This document shows positions 25,103-32,000 of a stretch of DNA of 32,000 bases, piece by piece. The stretch spans positions 30,001-62,000 of the forward strand of contig NZ_PQWO01000008.1 in NCBI RefSeq assembly GCF_003231495.1, in the 5' to 3' direction. The translations under genes were made by a program, and so were the position numbers. The notes beneath the pieces are model-generated. The model ran no database searches. It saw only the letters and a program-made list of their open reading frames with translations, and was not told the origin of the DNA. The number at the start of each line of letters is the position of its first letter. Positions within the stretch are counted from its first letter, which is position 1. Source of the stretch: Acaryochloris thomasi RCC1774. Lineage in GTDB: Bacteria > Cyanobacteriota > Cyanobacteriia > Thermosynechococcales > Thermosynechococcaceae.

Positions 25103-26059
25103 ATGGATCTACTCCGATCTTTGCCGATAGGAACATATCTCGAAGAACCGACAACTTGGCTCCATCGCCTTGATCCCCGTGTGAAGCTGGTGTGGCTGAT
25201 GACCTTTTTGTTGACGCCTTTACTGGCAAGCTTTACGTGGCGACTAGTACTGGTCATTATGCTTGTGTTGTTGACGAGTACGGCCATTCCACTAAGGGTG
25301 TGGCGTCAACAAATGGGCCTGCTCTCAGCCCTGTGCTTTGTCGTGTTTGCGGTAACAGCGGTGATGCCAGATGGCTTGGCCGCGCAGCATCAGCCTCGAC
25401 TCCCCAACCAAGAACTATCGTTTGTAGCAGCAACAGAGACATCGTCTCAAGCTAAGCCACCATCAGTGGAAGTGGCTACTCGTCAACCTAACGACCCACC
25501 CTTCGATTCTTTTAGGTCCTATCGCTACATTCTCTTCCAGGCAGGTCCAATCAAAATTACGAGAAGATCTCTGGAGCTTGGATTTCGACTCGGCAGCTTA
25601 CTGTTTACACTGATCTATGGAACAACTTTATACCTATTAACAACAGCTCCAGAAGAGATCACGACAACCTTAGATCTAATGCTGCAGCCGCTGCGGCGAT
25701 GGCGCATACCGGTTACAGAGCTAACGCTGACATTAACTTTGGCCCTACGCTTTATTCCCCTCGTTCTGGAGGAGGTGCAGAATCTGGTTCGTTCCGTGCG
25801 AACGCGTGCCATCAACTGGAAAAAACTCGGCGTCAAAGGCGCCTCACAGATCTGGCTATTGCTGGCCGATCGCTTGCTCGAGAATTTATTTCTTCGGGCT
25901 GAGCAAATTGCCAGTGCAATGCAGGTCCGTGGTTTTACGGCTCCTAACCAGCATCACGTTCAGTGGAGCCAATTACAAATCCGCTTTCGAGACTGGATTG
26001 CATTGCTGCTGGTCCTCGGGGTTTGGGGCCTGCGGCTTTGGATGGGTATTGATACATAG
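25103..26059 (+). CDS. ecfT: energy-coupling-factor transporter transmembrane component (EcfT/CbiQ family)
   Basis: 318 aa. LHRLDPRVKLVWLMTFLL at the N-terminus. Coupling-helix region ALRFIPLVLEEVQNLVRSVRTRA and RAEQIASAMQVRGF. It contains an extra hydrophilic insert (AAQHQPRLPNQ...PPFDSFRSYRY). No EcfA or S-component is adjacent. Confidence 0.8.
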   Translation: MDLLRSLPIGTYLEEPTTWLHRLDPRVKLVWLMTFLLTPLLASFTWRLVLVIMLVLLTSTAIPLRVWRQQMGLLSALCFVVFAVTAVMPDGLAAQHQPRLPNQELSFVAATETSSQAKPPSVEVATRQPNDPPFDSFRSYRYILFQAGPIKITRRSLELGFRLGSLLFTLIYGTTLYLLTTAPEEITTTLDLMLQPLRRWRIPVTELTLTLTLALRFIPLVLEEVQNLVRSVRTRAINWKKLGVKGASQIWLLLADRLLENLFLRAEQIASAMQVRGFTAPNQHHVQWSQLQIRFRDWIALLLVLGVWGLRLWMGIDT

Positions 26060-26080
26060 TCCCTCTAAAACACGTTAGAA

Positions 26081-27478
26081 ATGAGTCAACTTCTCCCCTG
26101 GTATTGGCGATCGCAACCCCTCGCCCACCGCACTGGCTCAATGATATTTGCGGCTTTGTTTCGCAGGTTTACCGTGGCAACGCTACTCGAAAGTCCACCC
26201 TCGTCTCTTAGTCGTTATTCTATCTGTGCTGGCCCCCCTCGAATCATCAACCATCAGCCTCAGCTTTGGACTCCTGCTGCGGATAACATCCTTGCTTGTC
26301 TTCGCAAGCGACTCCAGCAAGCTTCTGGCAATTTATCGTCAGCCCCCCCACCTTCTTTACCATTTACTGGAGGCTGGCTTGGCTGGCTTGGCTATGATTT
26401 CGCGTGGGAGATAGAAGATCTACCTCGAATCAACAGTGATCCCCTACCCTTTCCGGTTGCCTACTGGTATGAACCTGAAGCCTTCGCTGTTCTTGACCAT
26501 CAGCAACAGGAGCTCTGGCTAGCCAGCAGTCACCCAGACCAGCTAGATGAACTCGAAGATCGCCTGCAGTATTCGGACTATGATGATTCTCCGGTGGGAG
26601 GAGACCTCTTAAAACCGAGTGTGTTGCTGACCAGTCACGCCGACTATAAGGAGATGGTGAGATCGGCTCAGGAACACATCCGAGCAGGTGACATTTTTCA
26701 GGCTAATCTTTCAACTCGCTTTGTTGCTCAAGCACGTCTTGATCCCTGGGACCTCTATTGTCGTTTATACAGTATCAATCCCTCTCCCTTCGCCAGTTAT
26801 TGGCAAACCCCTTGGGGAAGCGTCGTCAGCTGCTCGCCCGAGAGGCTTGTGCAGCTCCGAGGAGAACAGGTTCAGGTTCGTCCGATTGCTGGGACGCGGG
26901 CACGAGGACAAACCTTGACTTTAGATCAGTGCCTTGCTCAAGAACTATCGACCAACGCCAAAGAACAGGCAGAGCACATCATGCTAGTTGATCTAGAGCG
27001 GAACGACCTTGGACGCGTGTGCCAATGGGGTTCAGTGGTCGTAGACGAGCTGCTTACGATCGAGACTTACAGCCACGTCATGCATCTCGTTAGCAATATC
27101 AAAGGACTGTTGACGCCCACACACGATGTACTTTCACTCATTCGAGCGGTCTTCCCTGGCGGCACGATTACGGGCTGTCCTAAGGTGCGCTGTATGGAGA
27201 TCATTGAGCAGCTGGAGCCAGTGCGGCGCAGTCTGTTTTATGGCTCTTGTGGATACTTAGATTATCGAGGTCACCTGGATCTCAACATTTTGATTCGCAC
27301 TCTCTTGGTTGTGCCGGAACATGAGTTTGCGCCCCTGCGGCAGCAACCGGTGAAGATCTGGGGACAGGTTGGCGCAGGAATCGTTGCAGATAGCGATCCT
27401 CAAAAAGAGTGGGAAGAATCGCTGCAGAAAGCCCAAGCTCAGCTCATAGCACTACGGCAAATGACAGGCCATATATAG
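26081..27478 (+). CDS. chorismate-utilising enzyme, anthranilate / aminodeoxychorismate synthase component I family (PabB-like)
   Basis: 465 aa. LLESPPSSLSRYS, GDIFQANLS, SPERLV, RPIAGTRARG, EHIMLVDLERNDLGRVC, FPGGTITGCPKVRCMEII, LFYGSCGYLD, GAGIVADSDPQKEWEES. No glutamine amidotransferase partner is adjacent. PabB versus TrpE cannot be decided from motifs alone. Confidence 0.8.
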   Translation: MSQLLPWYWRSQPLAHRTGSMIFAALFRRFTVATLLESPPSSLSRYSICAGPPRIINHQPQLWTPAADNILACLRKRLQQASGNLSSAPPPSLPFTGGWLGWLGYDFAWEIEDLPRINSDPLPFPVAYWYEPEAFAVLDHQQQELWLASSHPDQLDELEDRLQYSDYDDSPVGGDLLKPSVLLTSHADYKEMVRSAQEHIRAGDIFQANLSTRFVAQARLDPWDLYCRLYSINPSPFASYWQTPWGSVVSCSPERLVQLRGEQVQVRPIAGTRARGQTLTLDQCLAQELSTNAKEQAEHIMLVDLERNDLGRVCQWGSVVVDELLTIETYSHVMHLVSNIKGLLTPTHDVLSLIRAVFPGGTITGCPKVRCMEIIEQLEPVRRSLFYGSCGYLDYRGHLDLNILIRTLLVVPEHEFAPLRQQPVKIWGQVGAGIVADSDPQKEWEESLQKAQAQLIALRQMTGHI

Positions 27479-27667
27479 ATTTCCGAGTTTCCAGTATAAT
27501 TAGCAAGTCCTATCGTTCGCTAAATGATCGTTCGGGCATCACGCTTTTTTCGCCGCTAATCGTTAATCGCAGTATTTCAAACTGATTTTTCTGAGTCTTT
27601 ACAGTCCTGCTAGTACGATGTCCCACTGTTATTCAGGGTTCAGCATGCAAGTCCCAGATAGCAACAC

Positions 27668-27937
27668 ATGATCAGCGAAACGTATCTGAGCCACCCAAGC
27701 TTTGGGCTGCTGTTCAGCCTGTGCCTTATTGAACCGCACCGTACGCTCTATACAACGCTGTACGCACAGCGCCTATTTTTCATTGTTTGCACAGATACAC
27801 CGGAAATTGAGTTTCAGGCCGTGAGCCGTAACGAGGCTCGCATTATCGTTGAAGGTCGCCTGCGAACGCTGAGGCGTTCCGGGACGGCTTCAGCCTACGA
27901 TCAACTCAAAACTGTTCATCAACAAACGTTTCAATGA
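27668..27937 (+). CDS. pipX: PipX (PII-interacting protein X, NtcA coactivator)
   Basis: 89 aa, the same length as S. elongatus PipX. ETYLSHPSFGLLF, TLYAQRLFF, SRNEARIIVEGRLRTLRR and QQTF match the recalled PipX sequence. The stop overlaps the next start (ATGA at 27934). Confidence 0.9.
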   Translation: MISETYLSHPSFGLLFSLCLIEPHRTLYTTLYAQRLFFIVCTDTPEIEFQAVSRNEARIIVEGRLRTLRRSGTASAYDQLKTVHQQTFQ

Positions 27938-28614
27938 CAGACTCTGGAAGAGCTGTGACAATTGCCAACCGGATTGCAGCTATCTCTCAGCAGTTGCCGC
28001 CTCAGACACGGCTGGTTGCCGTCACTAAAAAAGTTTCTATCGCTTCAATGCGTCAAGCCTATCAGGCTGGGATCAGAAATTTCGGAGAAAGTCGCATCCA
28101 AGAGCTAGAGGAAAAGCAAGCTGAGTTAGAGGACTTAAGGGATGTGACGTGGCATTTCATCGGACACCTGCAGCGGAATAAGGCGAAGCAAGCTGTTGAG
28201 CTCTGTGAGTGGATTCATTCAGTCGATAGCCTAGCCCTTGCTCACCGATTGAACAGGCTAGCAGCGGATCGACCTCAGCGACCGAAAATCTGCCTACAGG
28301 TCAAGATACTGGATGATCCCAGCAAGTATGGCTGGTCTGCCACTGGCCTCAAAGCAGAGCTGAGCGAATTCCTGCAATGTAAAAATTTGGATATCCAAGG
28401 ATTAATGACTATTCTGCCACTGGGGCTGAGCGAGGCCCAACAACTGGCGGCCTTCGAGCAGACGCGCATCCTTTCAGAACAGCTCACGCAGCAGACAGAT
28501 AAAGTTCTTAACTTAAAGGAGCTCTCCATGGGCATGTCTGGAGATTATCAGTTGGCTATCCAGGCTGGGGCCACCCTAGTACGGGTAGGGCGTTTGATAT
28601 TCGGAGAGCGCTAG
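27934..28614 (+). CDS. pipY: YggS/COG0325-family PLP-binding (PLP homeostasis) protein, PipY
   Basis: 226 aa. LVAVTKKVS (PLP lysine), NFGESRIQE, WHFIGHLQRNK, SMGMSGDYQLAIQAGATLVRVGRLIFG. Translationally overlapped with pipX, as described for cyanobacteria. Confidence 0.9.
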   Translation: MTDSGRAVTIANRIAAISQQLPPQTRLVAVTKKVSIASMRQAYQAGIRNFGESRIQELEEKQAELEDLRDVTWHFIGHLQRNKAKQAVELCEWIHSVDSLALAHRLNRLAADRPQRPKICLQVKILDDPSKYGWSATGLKAELSEFLQCKNLDIQGLMTILPLGLSEAQQLAAFEQTRILSEQLTQQTDKVLNLKELSMGMSGDYQLAIQAGATLVRVGRLIFGER

Positions 28615-29053
28615 TTTTTACTCTACAGCACACAATCCAAGCTCTAAATTCGAGTTTTCTATTAAATAAATTGGAATAGCCCTTGTTAAATGTGACCAAA
28701 GGTGACATTCTTTCCACATACCTTGGGCATTGTAGCTTTCTTAACTTTCTTGACTTTGTTCAACAGAAATATAAAGTTTGTTTACAATGTGGCGAGGAAT
28801 ATAGTTACTTGAGACGTTTACTGTATAATTCAAACTTGAAATTTTTACTGTTTCTAGATATTGATCATTATGGTTTGTCAAGGTTAGCTTGATAAGTTTA
28901 GTAAGCGTTTTCCCTGCTGAGGCTTTGGGCTAAGGTAGGTTACTGATTCAATATTTGGTTGTAAAACCCCCTACCACGAGAGTTGACCGCTGCTGCGATC
29001 GCTTGAGGATGAGTTTTATTTCAGCGAACACCGTCTACGATGGAGCCTAAATT

Positions 29054-29641
29054 GTGAGTACTTTGTTGGGAAAATTGAAAGAGTTCGTCGGCATGCCTGA
29101 CGCAGAAGGCTATGAGGAGTATGGTGAGTACGATGAGATTCAGGGTGAAGAGTTCGCCGATCTCTATGCGCCGGAGTCTTTACAGAATTTACCCGTTCAA
29201 GAGCAGCTCAGCAGTCAACCTGATGTCACGCAAGGGGCAGAGATGAATAGCAGCACAAGTCTTAACAATGTTGTTGGTATGCCCGGAGCAAACCGATTCT
29301 GGGGATCAGCAACTGAAGTTCTCGTGATGGAGCCTCGTGCTTTCGAGGAGATGCCTCAGGTTATTCAGGCTTTGCGTGAGCGGAAGTCGGTAGTTTTGAA
29401 TCTAACCATGATGGATCCAGCACAAGCTCAGCGAGCGGTTGATTTTGTTGCGGGCGCAACTTATACCATTGATGGTCATCAGGAACGGGTCGGCGACAGC
29501 ATCTTTTTGTTCACGCCAAACTGCGTTCAGGTCAGCACACAGTTTGGTGTTGTGCATGAGGCACCTCAACCCCACAATCGCCCTACTCAGTCGGCTTATC
29601 AAACCCAGGAGCCAACAGCTCTTAACCAAATTGCTCAGTAA
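29054..29641 (+). CDS. sepF: cell division protein SepF
   Basis: 195 aa, GTG start with GGAG 8 nt upstream. Conserved C-terminal domain [72 protein letters not shown]. Confidence 0.9.
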   Translation: MSTLLGKLKEFVGMPDAEGYEEYGEYDEIQGEEFADLYAPESLQNLPVQEQLSSQPDVTQGAEMNSSTSLNNVVGMPGANRFWGSATEVLVMEPRAFEEMPQVIQALRERKSVVLNLTMMDPAQAQRAVDFVAGATYTIDGHQERVGDSIFLFTPNCVQVSTQFGVVHEAPQPHNRPTQSAYQTQEPTALNQIAQ

Positions 29642-29703
29642 TTTGCCGATTTTTGCTCTAGGCCCACTGACTGTCCATTTTTCTAACCATTGGTGAGTCT
29701 GCG

Positions 29704-30504
29704 GTGAGCATTACATTGGGCGTTATTGGCGGTGGCGTGATGGCAGAGGCGGTTTTGTCTCGGCTCATAGCTCAGAAGGTTTACACGGCTCAAAGCATTG
29801 TAGTCTGCGATGTCTCTCCAGTGCGGTTAAGCTACTGGAGGGAGACCTACAAGGTCAGCACGTCACCGGACAATCAATCTATTTCAGATGCGGATGTGGT
29901 TCTGTTAGCAACGAAACCGCAGGTTTTCCCCGCTCTGACTGAACAGCTGCAGCTCGGATCGTCAGCTTTGGTCATTTCTATTTTGGCTGGAATCACGCTT
30001 GGTCAGCTTGAATCTGCCTTTAAAGGTCACCCAGTCATTCGAGCAATGCCGAATACACCAGCAACAGTTGGTGCGGGTATTACGGCTCTAGCAGTCGGTC
30101 AGGCTACCAATGATGATCATTTAGAGTTGGCAGAGCATCTGTTTCGGGCTGTCGGTGATGTTGTGATGGTGCCGGATTCAATGATGGATGCGGTGACAGG
30201 TTTATCTGGCTCTGGGCCAGCCTATGTTGCGATCGCAATTGAAGCGCTCACAGATGGCGGTGTTGCCGCAGGACTCCCCAGAGCGATTGCGGCTAAACTT
30301 GCTTTGCAGACCGTTCAGGGAACGGCAGCTTTGCTGGCTGAATCGGGACTACATACCGCTCAACTCAAGGATCAGGTAACTAGCCCTGGTGGAACAACGA
30401 TCGCGGGCGTAAGAGCCTTGGAACAATCAGGATTCAGATCAGCATTGATAGAAGCGGTTCAGGCTGCTTATTTGCGATCGCAAGCCTTAGCCACCCGGAG
30501 TTAG
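29704..30504 (+). CDS. proC: pyrroline-5-carboxylate reductase
   Basis: 266 aa, GTG start. LGVIGGGVMAEAV (NADP-binding), VVLLATKPQV, IRAMPNTPATVGAG, VTGLSGSGPAYV, SPGGTTIAG. Confidence 0.9.
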   Translation: MSITLGVIGGGVMAEAVLSRLIAQKVYTAQSIVVCDVSPVRLSYWRETYKVSTSPDNQSISDADVVLLATKPQVFPALTEQLQLGSSALVISILAGITLGQLESAFKGHPVIRAMPNTPATVGAGITALAVGQATNDDHLELAEHLFRAVGDVVMVPDSMMDAVTGLSGSGPAYVAIAIEALTDGGVAAGLPRAIAAKLALQTVQGTAALLAESGLHTAQLKDQVTSPGGTTIAGVRALEQSGFRSALIEAVQAAYLRSQALATRS

Positions 30505-30513
30505 GTCACATCC

Positions 30514-31461
30514 ATGCCGCTTGATGCCCTCTCGGGAATGGCTGCTATCCCCGCAGCCCCCACAGGATTCCACTCTGGCTTTGTAGGACTCATTGGTCGT
30601 CCCAACGTCGGCAAATCAACCCTCATGAATCAGTTCGTCGGTCAAAAGGTCGCAATCACCTCGCCCATCGCCCAGACCACACGCAACCGACTCCGTGGGA
30701 TTCTCACAACTCCAGATGCACAAGTTATTTTCATCGACACCCCAGGCATCCATAAGCCCCACCACCAACTGGGCAAAATCATCGTCAAAAATGCCCAGAG
30801 AGCGATCAACTCCGTCGATGTCGTTTTATTTATGGTCGATAGCTGTAGTCCTCCAGGAGGAGGTGATCGCTACATCTTAGAGCTGTTGACGCAGATCCAA
30901 ACGCCAATCGTGCTGGGACTCAACAAAGTAGACCAGCAAGAAAGCCAAAGTGCAGAGCGTTTAGATACCCAGTACCAGACTCTTGCCGACGAGCAGGGCT
31001 GGCCAGTACAGAAATTTTCTGCCCTGACAGCAGAAGGACTAGAAGATCTGCAGGCCGCATTAATTGCACGATTGCCAGCAGGCCCCTACTACTACCCTCC
31101 TGACCTAGTCACCGATCAGCCCGAGCGCTTCATCATGGGCGAACTCATTCGAGAGCAGATTTTACTGCAGACCCGGCAGGAAATTCCTCATTCCGTTGCC
31201 ATCACGATTGATCGCGTTGAAGAAAGCCCGAAAATTACGCGCGTATTGGCTACCATCCACGCCGAACGCCCTTCCCAGAAAGCCATCCTGATTGGCAAAA
31301 AAGGCTCCATGCTCAAAGAGATCGGAAGTGCCGCCCGTCAGCAGATGCAAACCCTGGTGGATGGACAAATTTATCTTGAACTTTATGTTAAGGTTCAGCC
31401 CAAGTGGCGACAGTCCAAGCTGCACTTGGCTGACTTGGGGTATCGTGTGGAAGCAGAGTAG
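30514..31461 (+). CDS. era: GTPase Era
   Basis: 315 aa. G1 GRPNVGKST, G2 region TTRNR, G3 DTPG, G4 NKVD. C-terminal KH domain VAITIDRVEE...ATIHAERPSQKAILIGKKGSMLKEIG. Confidence 0.95.
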   Translation: MPLDALSGMAAIPAAPTGFHSGFVGLIGRPNVGKSTLMNQFVGQKVAITSPIAQTTRNRLRGILTTPDAQVIFIDTPGIHKPHHQLGKIIVKNAQRAINSVDVVLFMVDSCSPPGGGDRYILELLTQIQTPIVLGLNKVDQQESQSAERLDTQYQTLADEQGWPVQKFSALTAEGLEDLQAALIARLPAGPYYYPPDLVTDQPERFIMGELIREQILLQTRQEIPHSVAITIDRVEESPKITRVLATIHAERPSQKAILIGKKGSMLKEIGSAARQQMQTLVDGQIYLELYVKVQPKWRQSKLHLADLGYRVEAE

Positions 31462-31471
31462 GGAATAGGTT

Positions 31472-32000
31472 TTGGACATTCAAACGCCCACCTGGGTGAA
31501 GCATGCCGTTTTTTATCAGATTTTTCCAGACCGACTTGCCCGAGGGTCAGAAGTAGCTCAGCATCGCTGGACTGCCAATTGGGAAGACTGGCACGCCCCT
31601 CCTACGCTGCAGGGGTATAAAGGCGGCGATCTTTGGGGCGTGATTGAAACACTAGACTACCTCCAAGATCTAGGTATCACCGCACTATATTTGACCCCCA
31701 TTTTTCAGTCAGCCTGCAATCATCGCTACCATACCCACGACTACTATCAAGTTGATCCGATCCTGGGCGGCAACGTTGCCCTCAAAGCCCTCCTTGATGC
31801 GGCCCATGATCGTCAGCTCAAAGTTGTTCTTGATGGCGTCTTTAACCACGCCAGCCGAGGATTTTACTTCTTCAGCGACATTTTAGAGAACGGTCCCAAC
31901 TCCCCTTGGGTAGACTGGTTCCGTATTGATAAGTGGCCACTTTCAGCCTACGACGGCTCACTACCCGCAAACTACAAAAGCTGGATCGATAATCGAGCCT
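31472..32000 (+). CDS. GH13 (alpha-amylase family) glycoside hydrolase, N-terminal part; continues past the right edge
   Basis: Not in the ORF track because it has no stop codon in the window. My translation from TTG 31472 reads (M)[25 protein letters not shown]...[50 protein letters not shown]...[16 protein letters not shown]. This covers GH13 conserved region I (DGVFNH) and the typical N-terminal FYQIFPDRF-like motif. An in-frame stop at 31466..31468 limits the start. GTG 31496 is an alternative start. Confidence 0.8.
   Translation, partial: MDIQTPTWVKHAVFYQIFPDRLARGSEVAQHRWTANWEDWHAPPTLQGYKGGDLWGVIETLDYLQDLGITALYLTPIFQSACNHRYHTHDYYQVDPILGGNVALKALLDAAHDRQLKVVLDGVFNHASRGFYFFSDILENGPNSPWVDWFRIDKWPLSAYDGSLPANYKSWIDNRA

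Noticed and set aside
28683-28892. 69-aa TTG-initiated ORF in the pipY-sepF spacer
   Set aside because: AT-rich with Leu/Phe/Tyr/Asn bias, no Shine-Dalgarno, and a lone CxxC without a partner. It is more plausibly non-coding regulatory DNA.

Overview
This is a cyanobacterial chromosomal segment. It has 12 exact HIP1 octamers (GCGATCGC) and a clear pipX gene. I recognised three parts.

(1) Left flank, 1-7.4 kb: envelope and housekeeping genes.
- An edge-truncated DUF1400-type alpha/beta hydrolase that the ORF track misses.
- An ArnT/PMT-like GT-C glycosyltransferase.
- A PagL-type lipid A deacylase barrel with a long acidic N-terminal extension.
- A small membrane protein tightly coupled to an ABC-F (Uup-like) ATPase.

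(2) Centre, 7.4-22.1 kb: a single-strand, compositionally mosaic surface-polysaccharide locus.
- Two visibly AT-rich, HIP1-free cassettes. The first holds a sulfotransferase and two polytopic Wzx/Wzy-like membrane proteins. The second holds an FkbM methyltransferase and a second sulfotransferase.
- These flank a host-like fnlA-fnlB-fnlC (UDP-L-FucNAc) plus WbuB-like GT4 block.
- Downstream are an ArnB/DegT-type aminotransferase, a PglC-type phosphoglycosyl transferase and a Wzc tyrosine autokinase.
- I read this as a candidate locus for a sulfated, methylated, L-FucNAc-containing polysaccharide. It is the most interesting system in the window.
- Tail-to-tail with wzc is a two-gene operon: a PP2C phosphatase and an FHA / zinc-ribbon / kinase-like protein whose catalytic residues are all substituted (predicted pseudokinase).

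(3) Right flank, 24.3-32 kb: core genes.
- rluE, ecfT and a TrpE/PabB-family enzyme.
- The known cyanobacterial pipX-pipY-sepF-proC synteny, then era.
- An edge-truncated GH13 glycoside hydrolase, also missed by the ORF track.

I found no tRNA, rRNA, CRISPR array, transposase or integrase. All homology statements come from reading motifs and from recalled reference sequences. No database search was run.
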